The translations under genes were made by a program, and so were the position numbers. DNA of 63,985 nucleotides, the filler included, from Licmophora abbreviata (Eukaryota), in NCBI GenBank assembly GCA_900291995.1. It is 11 parts of 11 records of this genome, joined end to end, with 100 filler letters (N's around TTAATTAATTAA, not from the genome) between each part and the next. Parts side by side here need not be neighbours in the genome. Positions count along the whole stretch, not along the records: positions 19,755 to 29,017 come from OLMU01002994.1; positions 29,118 to 37,831 come from OLMU01002996.1; 9 more parts are not named here. One strand, 5' to 3'. The notes under the pieces were generated by a model. The model saw only the letters and a list, made by a program, of their open reading frames with translations, made no database searches and was not told the DNA's origin. The number at the start of each line of letters is the position of its first letter. Positions within the stretch are counted from its first letter, which is position 1. This document shows, piece after piece, positions 23,477 to 37,259 of the stretch.

Positions 23477-23898
23477 CTTCGCGTTCTTATTCAATGGCAC
23501 GATTTTCTGTCTTGCATTATGTGCTGTGTTGTCAATGCGAACAGAAGGAACGAAGTCATCAACATCACGCGGCGAGTTCAGCTTTGGGCCTTTCAGGGTT
23601 CGTTCAACGCCTAAATATTTAAATATATACTCGTACACTTAAAACTATGAGATGTCGTCTGATTTATTTGTATTCATCATCATAAAGCTCGCTTTGACCA
23701 ACAGAACTTTGCACGCGCGGGCTGTGGGATTTCAAAACGGTTGGAATACAGACGGCGCCTGTCTCATCCTTTCGAAGAGTTGAGTTTGAAGTTTGTTCAA
23801 TTTTCCAACTTCCGGCCATCATGGCGATCTGTTCATGTACCGGTATGGCGACGGAAGGCGTGCCTCCCGGCTACTGTCGACGCTTCAGCTCGCCTAGC

Positions 23899-25143
23899 AT
23901 GACAAGAACGATAGTCTTGTCAATGCTAGCATTTCTGTCTCTCCGCTCTACTAACTCTTTTGTTTACTGCTCGATCACCAAACGACCCTCATCGGCGGCG
24001 TCGTGTGCGCCTCCCACCATCATTCGACATCGGGTTTGGCATACACACCGATGCGGCGCCTCCTCATCTGTCCCCTCGTCGAATATCACCAATGAAACCA
24101 TTACTGTCCCAGAGTTTTACCCACACGATACATCTTTCGACGAGGGATCCTCCTATCCATCACCGCTGCATTCGATACATGTCGAATCTCTATTGACTGC
24201 GGAGGAGACGGCCATGTGTTTGAAGCTGAGCCAGTCGTACGCTGCCGAAACAGGTCGCTGGGATCGACCGGATGAAAAGCGACATGCTACTTATGCTACA
24301 TGTGATTTTGCAGTTGAAGAATGTGAGCCACTACAGACCTTTCTCCAACAAACAATCAAATTTGACAACCGAATGTGGAGTCGACTAAGTCATCGCTTCG
24401 GTGTCGACACGGACGATATGAGCTACTTGGACCTATTTTGTGTCAACTACCAAGCGACTTCCGATGGTAATGAGGCAGAATTCTCGCGGACCACCATGGA
24501 CCGACTTGAAGCCCATCGCGATGGATCGCTCCTGTCGTTTTCAGTGCTATTGTCGCCCCCGTCCTCGTTCGAGGGAGGGGGGACCTTCTTCGAAGCGCTG
24601 CGAGACGTCGAGACTGCTGGCGGTAGTGTGAACACAGATGAAGCAGAACGTGTCTTGTACTCTGGCGGCGTAATTCGTCCGCCGCGCGCCGGCGATTGTG
24701 TCTTGCACTCGGGAAAGTTATTGCATGGTGCCGATGTCGTCACGTCGGGCTCTCGTACAGTCTTGGTGGGTTTTATTGATGTGGCTGACTGGTGTCAGCG
24801 TCCTGGTGTACTAGGAGAGGCTTGTCGAGAGTTTGGAAGAATGGATGTAGCGGCGTTTCATAACAAGCGACGACTAGAGAAGACGGAGGCAGGGCGAAGA
24901 AAGGGGTGGATACTCAACAACAGCAGCTGGTTGCCGGATACCAATCGAGCGGCGAGCGAGGGTCGGAGTTACATTCGAGGATACAGACCAGCCTTCTCTT
25001 CCATTGCATCAAGGGGCGATCCTGAATTCCAACGACGACGAAAGCTACAAGCAGAAGATGTGCTGCTCCGATCCATCTTGCTCCCCGATAAGCCTACTTT
25101 CAGAGGCATTGAGTCCTTGGACGGGGACATTACGATTCTGTAG
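23899..25143 (+). CDS. 2OG-Fe(II) dioxygenase (prolyl/lysyl hydroxylase-like)
   Basis: LEAHRDGSLLSF, FEGGGTFF, LLHGA..VTSGSRTVLVGF; N-terminal signal-like peptide (alternative ATG at 23821). Confidence 0.82.
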   Translation: MTRTIVLSMLAFLSLRSTNSFVYCSITKRPSSAASCAPPTIIRHRVWHTHRCGASSSVPSSNITNETITVPEFYPHDTSFDEGSSYPSPLHSIHVESLLTAEETAMCLKLSQSYAAETGRWDRPDEKRHATYATCDFAVEECEPLQTFLQQTIKFDNRMWSRLSHRFGVDTDDMSYLDLFCVNYQATSDGNEAEFSRTTMDRLEAHRDGSLLSFSVLLSPPSSFEGGGTFFEALRDVETAGGSVNTDEAERVLYSGGVIRPPRAGDCVLHSGKLLHGADVVTSGSRTVLVGFIDVADWCQRPGVLGEACREFGRMDVAAFHNKRRLEKTEAGRRKGWILNNSSWLPDTNRAASEGRSYIRGYRPAFSSIASRGDPEFQRRRKLQAEDVLLRSILLPDKPTFRGIESLDGDITIL

Positions 25144-25368
25144 ATACTGAGCATAAGAGCTACGGAAACAATTTTATGGTAGATACGACAGTATGTCGGG
25201 TGGTTTCGACCGAACAAGAAAGGGGACGATCCATGCCATCGTAGCGAGTGGCGTACAGACTTTCCCTCCAAAATTTCTTTCGAATGAATTCTCTGACACC
25301 GGCCATCACACTATGTATCCCATTGACATCTAACACAGCCGTCTCCAACTGACGATGTAGGCGTGAGC

Positions 25369-26745
25369 ATGTCGCCATCCACAGAAGCAAAGACACTTGA
25401 GGCCCCACCAGAATGGCCTCCCGAAATTTTGAGGGACTTCAAGCCGACTCGAGCGTTGGGGAAAGGAGGATTTGGATCCGTCGTGCTGGCGAAGCGCAAT
25501 CGTCCTCAGAAGGGCAATGGCCACAATTTTGTCGCAATCAAGGTGGTAGGAAGCCATGATCCGTCCAAAGTGGAGGTCGGATACGCCCACCGTGAAATTG
25601 ATATTCTCGGAGAACTATCTCATCCTAGAATCATGCGTCTTGTCAAATTTTGGGAGCCACCGCCCGAGGACCATCGGTGTGCAGCTGTCATGGCACTGTC
25701 GTACGCACCAGGGCCCACGCTGGAGTACATCTTACAGAAAGTAGGGGCCCCCAGTCTTGCCTTTGCTAGAATCGTCTCTGCCCAGCTGATTGACGCCCTT
25801 GCATATCTCCATTCACACGGAGTTGTCCACAGAGACGTCAAGCCGGACAACCTGAGCGTCACCGGCGCCTCGCTCCAGCAAGACGACTTGTACGAGCAAT
25901 CACCCGAGAATGGCCATCCCAATTGGAAAGAGCTACGAGCAAAGTGGCATGTTACTCTAGTGGACTTCGGCTTTGCGCGTGCGCTGAGCCCAGACGATGT
26001 GCAGGAGGATGTCGGTCTGCAAAACTCAATACATGGCGCCGTCCAGGGAGCCTCGACAGAGATCCATACCAAAACAGACGACCTCGCCCGATCGCTCAAT
26101 GAAAGCATGACTGAGTCAGCTACCGGTTCAAGAAGCAGAGGTCGATCGCTGCGCGTGTCGCGACATTTGGTGCGAACGATGAGTGCACTGGGAAATCGTG
26201 CCTACGCGGCCCCAGAAATTAAAAACAAGGTTCGAAGAGCCACAGGACCGATCCAAGACGCCAGTGATGGTACGACACGGCAAACGGCAACTCTGTTGAA
26301 CTATGTCGCTGACTATGGTATGATGGCAGATGCTTTCTCAGCAGGATCGACAGTTCGGTACACACTGACGGGAGTGGCTCCACAGTACAAGGTCGAGGAG
26401 GTGGTGGCAGCTCACAAGGCCCCAGCGGCACGAGCAGCGCGGTGGCTCAGTAAGAAGCTCTCCAAGAAGCCCAAGGACGAACGGCGGCCACGAGGTAAAC
26501 GATTTCGCGGTGGTAGTGAGCTACCAGCTGAAGCTGTCCGCATGATCAAGGGGATGACACGCGGAAACCCGAAGGAGCGCACAACGGTGCGAGCGGCGCG
26601 ATTGTACCCTTGGATCGACGACGTAATGGAGGAGTCAACAAAGTCTTTATTTGGTGAAGTTCAATTCCTTAAATGTGCGATCAAGAAGAGGAAAAAGAAG
26701 CCTACTGTGATCGTCGAGTCAGAGGAGGCACCAGATCTGCGATAG
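25369..26745 (+). CDS. Serine/threonine protein kinase
   Basis: LGKGGFGSV, VAIK, HRDVKPDN, DFG, YAAPE. Confidence 0.92.
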   Translation: MSPSTEAKTLEAPPEWPPEILRDFKPTRALGKGGFGSVVLAKRNRPQKGNGHNFVAIKVVGSHDPSKVEVGYAHREIDILGELSHPRIMRLVKFWEPPPEDHRCAAVMALSYAPGPTLEYILQKVGAPSLAFARIVSAQLIDALAYLHSHGVVHRDVKPDNLSVTGASLQQDDLYEQSPENGHPNWKELRAKWHVTLVDFGFARALSPDDVQEDVGLQNSIHGAVQGASTEIHTKTDDLARSLNESMTESATGSRSRGRSLRVSRHLVRTMSALGNRAYAAPEIKNKVRRATGPIQDASDGTTRQTATLLNYVADYGMMADAFSAGSTVRYTLTGVAPQYKVEEVVAAHKAPAARAARWLSKKLSKKPKDERRPRGKRFRGGSELPAEAVRMIKGMTRGNPKERTTVRAARLYPWIDDVMEESTKSLFGEVQFLKCAIKKRKKKPTVIVESEEAPDLR

Positions 26746-27436
26746 ACAATCATAGCAGGTTGAGTCTGGCGGTAGCTATTCTTGGAGCAGTATCGGCCGA
26801 TAGCTAGCGAGGTACGTCCTACTTCTAAAGAGGCTTGTAACACAAAACTGACTTCTCATAGATGGACTCCTCTACTGCCCTAGTACTGTGATATGGTATG
26901 TTAGCCGCGGTGCATGCATCCAGTAGTTTACGTTGATGAGTGGCTCCTGCGAATCGCACCCAAACGCCTAAATAATAACATCCGCGATAGTCATGTCTTT
27001 TATGCAAGCATGAATTTCAATCCTCGCTGCGCCGTCCAAGGGATTGACTCATATGTCAGCATTTATCCTGAAACGTGAATTGACCTAGAGGGACGCCCTC
27101 ATCTATTATATGACGCCGAGATAGAATGCATAGCAATTGAAACGACCACTTCGAAATCGGAGTATTATAAGACATTTTTACTTGTTAGGGCTAGCAATTT
27201 AGATGAACGAGAGAACGCGCGTTCTCTCAAATATCGTGACGTCAGTACGCACGCCGCATGGAATGCAGACGACACGAAAGAACACACCATGGAGAAACGA
27301 GTCTCTAGAAGTTCCGCTGATCGCAAGCGAACGGCGCAAACTTCTCTTTTCTCTTAGGCCTTGGCCGTGAAGATTGTGAAATTGAAAGTTCTGTAGCCAG
27401 TCCTGCTGGAGCCAGAAACGATTGAAAAGACTAGAA

Positions 27437-29017
27437 ATGAAAATTGAGCGGGAAATTTCGCCGCATGCCTCGCACCGTCTACGGTGGCCTAGCAAATGGC
27501 TGCTGGTCGTAATGTGTTTCATTTCCACGTCGACTGACTCTGGAACAGCGCGTGTACCACTTGCTTTGGCTTGGTCCGGTTCGAACTCTGCACATCGCAT
27601 GACACGGCCTCCACCACCATTGTCGGCGGTCAGGAAACATACGGGTCTCCTCGCTGCCGAGACGGAATCTCCCGTGGCAACATCCTTCAACCCTACAACA
27701 AGCATATGCACTACTGATGCCGGCACTATCCCAGAGACTGCACGGAGAAAATTTATAATTGTCGGGTCCTCTGAGGATGACATCCAGGGAGAGGGCGACA
27801 AGCCTAGCGACGCCACGCTGGAGACGGATGCCGGTGATGCCAATCTTGAACGAGAAGGAGACGAGGATGCGGAAGGCGCAGTGGACGAGGATATGCAAAC
27901 GAAGCAGCGAGTAGCAACGGCCACAGTAACGTTGCTGGGTCGCAAAATGGCAGGGAGGTCGAAAAATCCGAGGAATAGGAAAAGTACAAGTGTCGGCGCG
28001 AGGCGCGTCAGTAGTGCAACACGGGCCAGGAACAAACAGAGTCGAACCAGCAAGCTTTTGAGCACAGTACAGACCGTAGCGGCAGCAGCCGCGGACTCAC
28101 CTACTTCCGATGCGTTCGAGACCACCAATACGACTGCTTCAATGGAGTCTGAGTCTCCAAAGTTGTCGTCAGCGTCTCCTCTTTTGAAATCGCCGCCTAG
28201 CAAGAGCGTGATCCAGTCGGCAATTAAGGACCTTCTGAAGAAACGGGACGCCTCTATGAAGTCAGATTCGGATGGAAATGAATCAATCTCCATGAATATG
28301 TTTCTAGCCCCATTCGGAAAAGCGACCGAGCAGGTCCCATACCCTCTCAGTCACGACTTGCTTCGCTCGCCGATGCCGGGTACTGTGTTGCTTGATCGGG
28401 CTGACGATTCTGAAGTTGACTGGTCTCAACCAACACCCGAATGTCTGACTATACGACTCGCCACTCTTACCGATGATATGGATATTGCCAACCTTCGATT
28501 GTCCGTCTTTTCCGATTTTACTACGGATGTGCGCAAGACCTTTGTTTCCAGATCCTGTCATGTCCTGGCCTCTCGACGATTGCAAGGGGCCACATGCCTC
28601 GTTGCCGCTATTCCAACCTCTACAGACGAGAACACACGTACAAAGCGGTCCGACGTTATTCTGGGCAGCGCAGAATGCAGTATTCACGAGTTCGCAGGAA
28701 CGAAGTTGGGATACCGACGCCCTGATCGTTCCGTGCTGTACGTGACAGAAGTGGCGGTCTCGCCTGCTGCTAGGCGATGCGGCGTGGGAAGCAGATTGAT
28801 GGAGGTATGTTCGCTAACTCAAGCATGCGCTCAGTGTCGAGCACGTCATGCAATACTAACTCGGCGACCTCCTTGTGTCAATAACCAGGGCGTGGACGAA
28901 CTTGCCTCCCGTCGGAGTGTGGAGACGTTGTACTTGCATGTGGACGTGTTGAATGCAGGAGCTTTGGAATTGTATAGGAGAGCCGGGTACGAAAAAGTGA
29001 ATGATCAGGATCCAATC
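27437..29017 (+). CDS. GNAT-family acetyltransferase with long disordered N-terminus; 3' end in gap
   Basis: LYVTEVAVSPAARRCGVGSRLM, LYLHVDVLNAGALELYRRAGY; probable intron 28805-28888. Confidence 0.85.
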
Positions 29018-29117
29018 NNNNNNNNNNNNNNNNNNNNNNNNNNNNNNNNNNNNNNNNNNNNTTAATTAATTAANNNNNNNNNNNNNNNNNNNNNNNNNNN
29101 NNNNNNNNNNNNNNNNN
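29018..29117. other. Artificial assembly spacer
   Basis: N-run with TTAATTAATTAA. Confidence 0.98.
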
Positions 29118-30618
<1,501 letters not shown>

Positions 30619-30881
30619 GGTGTCAAGCAAGCTGATGAATGAAGTGAGATACGGAAACCACACACAAATTTCGAATTGCGTCATCCATTACATTCCAAAT
30701 TCTACAGGATTTTACTACTGCATGTTGCGTACAACTAGACTCAGAACCTGCCACCGATAAAAATCACACGCGCGTCGATGAACGACCCACTGACGAGTCC
30801 ATGCTTCGAACGACATCATCAACAGCTAAGTCACTCTACTCTAGCTCTAACGAAGTAGAAAATCAAAAAGCTTAAAGTTGA

Positions 30882-32272
30882 CTATGAGCCACATAGGTCG
30901 AACGCTTGATCGACATCAGGAGTGACAACCACGGTCTTGTTCAAACTACCTAGGTTAAGGTAGTTCGCCTCCGCGGTGTCGACGAGTACTGCCTGCTGGA
31001 CAAATCCGCAAGGCAAACCCTCGTCGACGTTCATTCGAATCTGTAAAGCGATACAATAAGGAATGGTTTGTAAGAGTACAATCGCCTGACGCCACATGAA
31101 CAGAAGCAACGGCAGATCGTTGCTCACCTCTGGCACCCCCGTGTCGCCTCCGCCGAGAAGCAACACTGTCTTCCCACTCTTGTGCACGACCAATTTACCC
31201 AGCCGCCCCGCAGGAGTTTTCGTAAGCACGTTATCAAAGCTGTTGGTGGCAGTAGCGTGTGTTGCGACATCAGCCGACGCCCAAGCGGGAAACTCCGCAT
31301 CGAGATCAACCGGATCTCCAACGCTTGTGATGAAGTCCGGACCTTCCGACTTGACTGGATCAGGCGCTCCCACCGTCTGTTGTAATGATGGCATCCTTGT
31401 TGGAAACTGGAAGAGAAACCAGGGATCTTCTTCCGCCCGTCGCAGCTGAGGCTGTTGAATATCGACAAACGGCGATGGTCTGCTGGGTCGGGATGGGGTT
31501 GCAGATGTGGGTGCATTCGAATCCTGACACGAATACATGATCGCCCGTTCCTTTTGACCGATTCCAATTGGGGCAGATGAGAGCGGAAATGGCAACCGCG
31601 TAGGAGGCAGATGCATCCCTCTTGACTTCCCGGGAATACCCGCCGCGTATTGTTCCTCATCGCTCGTATCCGAATCATACGTGTCAAGCATGTACTGTTC
31701 ACTTGCACTCTTGCTGACCTGTTCTCTTCCTATCTCGACAGCAGACAAAGTCACACTATCCTCTTCCAGCTTCGTCCTTCCCCTGGTCGCCTTCGGTTTT
31801 GCGCTCGATTGCGAAAACTGCGATCCAACTCCGTGGTCGAGCTCGCCTACCACAATCTCCTCGGAAGCACTCATAGCCTTGGAAAGTGCTGCTGAAGTCC
31901 CTCGTTTTCGACGCGTCGTCGTAGGGTTTGCAGTAGTAGCAGAACCTAATGATGCAGCCGGTGCCGGTGCCGCCTCAGCACCGCGTGGACTCCCGTAAGC
32001 CGGTCGTCGCCGCCGGACTCCGCGTTTCCCGTAAAGAATACGTCACCACGAGGCAGTTGAGCCGGGGAGCGACGGCGTCCACCTCTTCCACGTCCCGCAC
32101 TGCGCGATCGTGATCTAGTTCCTCTGGTCGACGCTGCAGCTGCGGCAGCAGGTTCACTCGTCGTCGGTGTAGTGGTAGTGCCATCTTGCGCTGCAGACCC
32201 GACTTGGATCTTCTTTCCAGGCTTGCGCGGCTTGAACTTTCCTGCTAGTGTTGGTTTACTGGGGGGTGCCAT
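30882..32272 (-). CDS. RPC4: RNA polymerase III subunit RPC4 (C53)-like; 5' frame break near 32000
   Basis: WFLFQFPTRMP, GRLGKLVVHKSGKTVLLLG, GLPCGFVQQAV, LG....VVVTPD; N-terminal KFKPRKP; intron about 31041-31127. Confidence 0.8.
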
Positions 32273-32953
32273 GATGAAAACTAGCACTTTTGAACTTACG
32301 AAATAAAGGACAGCGTCGGGGGGTCTTGTTGCTTTCTGCTGTGATAGCGACGACGCGACTACGAGGTTATATGGGGTGTGATGAAGTGGGATGAGTGATG
32401 ACGACGAAATCGAGTCGAGTCGAGTCGACGCTCGAAGGCGGTCAGCATCAGAGAGGCCTCGCGCGTGGGTTATCGTCGCGAACGCGCGAGATGAGCATAT
32501 TGAACGTGAAAGCTATGGTGAACCGAATCGCTCCGCATCCTAAGTGCACATTGCACAGTTTGAAGTTAGTAAAAAAACATGCAGTATTCTCTAGCTTACA
32601 AAACCCTTCCAGTGCTTTCCGCACTAGTCTATGAACAGAGTTCGAAAGCCGCTCATTGAACTTTCCCACCCAGTCGCTCCATGAGTGCATATTCAATATC
32701 GGCGTTCATGGTCGAGCGGCCATTCGGATCCTGCCAAGTTTCTTGTTTCGCTTAATTGCTGGTGGGTCACAATTGGAATCGATCCATCGAGGCTGACCAA
32801 GCGGTGTGATATCTGACCTCAATCCAAGCAATTGGAGAGACACCTCGTTAATCTCTTGAGCGGGAGTATTTTGGGGCCCATCTCACGTGACCCCTCTCAA
32901 TCGGTACATGGGCGGAAAGCATTAACTGTGGCTCTTCTGAAATGATACTGAGC

Positions 32954-34279
32954 TTACGAATCGTCAAGTTTCCCTTGAAACGACATCAACGCAATCCCAG
33001 CGACAGCGAGACACGCCCCTACCGACGCCCGCCACGTGGGGCGCTCTTTTTGCAAAATCCATGTTAATGGCAATGCGTACAATGGTCCGATAGACCCCAA
33101 AGTCAAGGCAAGGGCAAGAGCAATCTGGAAGAGAGCATAGTTGCTCAAGGCGGGAGTAAAGAACGTCACAAAGACAACCCCGAGCGATACGTGCAGCCAG
33201 GATCGCCATGTCATGCTGAGCGGCAACGAATACCAGGTCTCTTTTCGGGTAAAAGTAGATGTCGCATCGGGCCGCACTCCTCCGTGTCCCTTATAGGACA
33301 TAGCAAGCCGCTCTCGTATGTGCAATATACACGACATACCCAGCATGCAGGCTCCAGCGAACCCGAATCGAATCAGGTTGATCTCCCACGTCGTCATTCC
33401 TTCGCCATACTCTTTCGTTAGTAGAGCCCCATAGGTGTCGAAAACAACATTCACAACTGCCATGGCGTATCCTTTACGAAATCTTGACGGCGTTCGTGCC
33501 TTGCGGCGTTTCTCGACAGTCGCCACGCCAGAAGTGGACGACGGCTCGTGTCCGCGCGCAACATGGCATGGCAATCGCACCGTTTCGGTTGGTAGCTCCA
33601 CGGCAGCGTTCGGATCGCAATTTTCACTGGTCGATGGATCTTCGCTTATGACGCCGCTGGTCAACTGCTGCTGGTTCTTGTCAAGTGATTCCTCGTCGGA
33701 AACATGGGATACGGCATCTTCTTCTGCTTCTTCTTCTGCTTCTTGGTTTGTGTCATCATTGTTATCGGAGGCCCTGCTCTCGTAACCGGCGCTACTCAAC
33801 CTTGCAGAGCCGTCCTCTGCCACTGTTTCCTCTTCGGGACTCTCTTTCTCGAGACTAACAATCAAGACTCCGACTACGGTCAATGCCAATCCTCCAAAAT
33901 GAGCCGCCGTCAGCTGCTCGTCCAACAGAGCCCAGCCGAGCAGCGTTGCCAAAAATGGCTTGCAGGAGTCGACGACAATGACCCTTCTTGCCCCCAGCAG
34001 TCTCAAACCCTCCAACCATGTCCAGTCGCCTATTAGTATGCCAATCGTCGAAGATAGCATGAGAAACCCCACATTTGTTGATGTGAACAAGTCGGCTGGG
34101 AACAGATTGTCGCGTCGCGTCGTGAGAGTCAGTACCAGAAATCCAACCGATGCTGTGGTACACTTGAATAAATTCAAAGCGAAGGCACTGCCTTTCCAGT
34201 GGTTATCCCAGACGATAAAGCCGAAGGTCATGACCAGCGGCGCAGTCAGGGCTGCTAAAATGCCGAACTCGTACGACAT
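32954..34279 (-). CDS. DMT/EamA-like membrane transporter
   Basis: Two hydrophobic multi-TM halves separated by an acidic loop; LG....LDEQL and LQKERPTWR..G..L...G motifs. Confidence 0.85.
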   Translation of the reverse strand: MSYEFGILAALTAPLVMTFGFIVWDNHWKGSAFALNLFKCTTASVGFLVLTLTTRRDNLFPADLFTSTNVGFLMLSSTIGILIGDWTWLEGLRLLGARRVIVVDSCKPFLATLLGWALLDEQLTAAHFGGLALTVVGVLIVSLEKESPEEETVAEDGSARLSSAGYESRASDNNDDTNQEAEEEAEEDAVSHVSDEESLDKNQQQLTSGVISEDPSTSENCDPNAAVELPTETVRLPCHVARGHEPSSTSGVATVEKRRKARTPSRFRKGYAMAVVNVVFDTYGALLTKEYGEGMTTWEINLIRFGFAGACMLGMSCILHIRERLAMSYKGHGGVRPDATSTFTRKETWYSLPLSMTWRSWLHVSLGVVFVTFFTPALSNYALFQIALALALTLGSIGPLYALPLTWILQKERPTWRASVGACLAVAGIALMSFQGKLDDS

Positions 34280-34693
34280 TTTGAGACTGCTCGGTAGCGC
34301 GTTGGCACTCACTATCCTATGAATATCGACATGAGACTGCGGAAAGTGGAAATGATTTCATTCGATTTTCTTTCTTAGCTCTTCTTACGGCTCTAAGTGA
34401 TTGTACTGGAGAAGCTGCGAGCTCAAGTCGATGCATGCATCGATCACTTGTCGTCGTCGTTGTCTTCTTTTGGCGCCAAAAGTATGATCCCGAAGTCGGG
34501 GAGAAAACTCATGTCGCCCGACAGACAGACTTTGGATTCCAAAGAGAGGTGTGATCTCCGGGTTTGCAAGTTGAGGTTATGATGGCCTTGGCGCCAAAAC
34601 TGAAAACTGAAATGTGTTTGCTGTTTACGCCCCGAGTTTGCGGTGTACGCCGGCGGCGACAGTCATTCTGCGACCCTGCTGCTGTTTCCAAGC

Positions 34694-37259
34694 ATGAGCA
34701 GTACTATGAGTAGTACTACTCCAACGGAAGCTCCTTCTCGGGCAGCCTTACGACGTGCTCGTCGTGTCTGCGTGAAAGCGGGTACGTCTGTAGTGGCAAA
34801 TGAAGATGGGCGTCCGTCACTCACGCGCTTGGGCGCCATTGCAGAACAAATCGCGGAGCTCAACCGACGAGGTGTTCAGGTCATCTTTGTCAGTTCGGGC
34901 GCAGTCGGAATGGGCAAGAGGCTGTTGCGAAAACAAGGGCGTTTGAATATGAAGTTTAAAGATATTCAGAATCAAGATGGGCACGAGACGAGGGACACAG
35001 CCTTGATGATGGGGACATCGCCGACGGTGTCACCGCACGCCCCACGAAGAACTTCGTCGACTGGAAGCTTCGCGTCGCTCTTGCAGCTCAACGCGAGGCC
35101 TCATTCGAGTGCCGAGAAGAAAAAGTACTACGATTCTGCCTGTGCTGCAGCTGGTCAATTCGAAATGATGAACCTTTATCAGAGTTTGTTCGATCAGGTC
35201 GACGTCGCCGCTTCTCAGGTCTTGGTGACGGGGGCGGACTTTTCGGACCCTCAGCGATTGAACAATCTTACCTATGCCGTCGATCGTCTCTTGGCTCTGG
35301 GTATCGTGCCTATAATTAACGAAAATGACGCCGTCTCTGCCAACTTGGGATATACGCCCAATGATGTCTTTTCGGACAATGACTCCTTGGCCTCTCTTTG
35401 CGCAAGGAACTTTGGAGCCGAAGTCCTATTGCTGTTGACCGACGTCGGTGGAGTCTACGATCGTCCTCCATCTGAGCCGGACTCACAGTTGGTGTCCTTG
35501 TACCAGAATGACTCGGCTGTTTCCATTGGTGCCAAGAGCTCCCAAGGCCGCGGAGGTATGGCTTCCAAAATCGAAGCGGCGCTGGCGGCCGTGCAACCTG
35601 GATCTCATTGCAGTGCTTGTGTCGTGGCCGCGGGGTCCGATTTGAACACGATTCGCGCTATATTGGGTCCGGATGAGACTTATGGAACCAAAGGAACTCT
35701 GTTTGTGACGGCGGGAAGTGACTTGGAGCAGCAGGCGTTGAAAGATATGGCAGCCAACGAGGTGAGTCGAGGCTATCTGGAACGAAGAAGTCATTGTCGC
35801 GCCCGCTCACGTTGTCTCTCACTCTTTCCCCTATGTAGAATTCAAATGGAACATCCGTATCAGACGAAGCGAGGCAAAAGGCTGTCGCTGCTCGGACTGA
35901 GGCACGAAAGCTGCAAGCAGCTCCGCATCATGTCCGCCAGGACATTCTTCGAGCCATTGCCGGGGCGCTGCTCGAACGACAGGACGAGCTTCTTGAAGCA
36001 AATACACTCGACGTGGAAGCTGCAGAACGTGATGGAATTGATTTGGTCCTCAAGAAGCGTCTCAAGCTGACCGAGGAGAAGCTTGCGACGCTGGCATCGG
36101 GGCTGCTTCAGCTGGCTGACATGCCGGATCCTCTGGGAATTGTCAAGAGCAAGCGCGAGCTCTCTGACGGACTGGAGCTGTCACTCACGACCGTCCCCAT
36201 TGGCGTCCTGATGATCATATTTGAGTCGCGCCCCGATTCCATGCCGCAAATATCGGCTTTGGCAATCGCGAGCGGCAATGGACTCCTTCTAAAAGGTGGA
36301 AAGGAGGCGGCACATTCTAACGCCACCATTCACAATGTTATCGGAGATGCCATTGAGTCGGGAAGCAGAGGAACTATCAAGAGAGACATAATTGCTCTTG
36401 TTACGAGTCGAGGGCAGGTAAGAAGGAACTGACAGGAGATGATACTTTGCCTTCGTTCCTGCATCCACAGGCTAAATGCCAATTTCATATCTACACCACA
36501 CAGGTCGCTGACATGTTGAGTTTAGACAATGTCATTGATTTGGTGATTCCAAGGGGCAGCAACGCCTTGGTATCATACATCAAAGCGAACACTCGCATTC
36601 CGGTTTTGGGCCATGCAGACGGCGTGTGTCATGTCTACGTGGACGCATCGGCCGACGCCGAACGCGCCTGCAAGATTGCCGTGGACGCCAAGACGGACTA
36701 TCCTGCAGCATGCAACGCCATGGAGACTCTTTTATTGCACAAGGATACTTTGACCAACGGCGTTGCTGCTGGCACTCTCATGGCGTTGCGAGTTTCCGGT
36801 GTCAAGTGTCTTGGTGGACCGCTTGCAATGAAATCAGGCTTGTGTGACGTTGCGGCCGAGGAAATGAAATTCGAGTATGGGGACTTGACCTGTCTAGTAG
36901 AGCTGGTAGAAACTATGGACGACGCGATCGACTGGATTCATGAATTTGGCAGCGGACACACCGAAGTGATTGTTTGTAGCGACGAAAGCGAAGTCGGCGA
37001 AGAGTTTCTTCGAAGAGTGGATGCGGCGTGTGTATTCAAGAACGCGTCGTCACGCTTTGCCGACGGGTTCCGATTTGGTCTCGGAGCAGAGGTTGGAATT
37101 TCTACCGGCCGCATTCATGCAAGGGGACCCGTGGGAGTTGAGGGTCTCCTTACAACCAAGTGGCAACTTCGATCCAAGAGCGGCATCTACTATGTTTCCG
37201 AGTTTGGCGGAGACGAGCCTTCGAAAAAGTACACCCACAAGGATCTTCCTGTCGACTAG
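34694..37259 (+). CDS. P5CS: Delta-1-pyrroline-5-carboxylate synthase (glutamate 5-kinase + gamma-glutamyl phosphate reductase); 3 exons
   Basis: VKAGTS, VSSGAV, PIINEND, DNDSLA, GRGGMASK; IFESRP, LLKGGKEA, ACNAMETLL, NASSRFADGFRFGLGAEVGISTGRIHARGPVG; introns 35762-35839 and 36418-36503. Confidence 0.95.

Noticed and set aside
27199..28293. 364-aa minus-strand ORF
   Set aside because: Antisense shadow of the GNAT gene's low-complexity region; no motifs
32640..32940. Possible decayed gene remnant on the minus strand between RPC4 and the EamA gene
   Set aside because: Coding-like composition but no recognisable family
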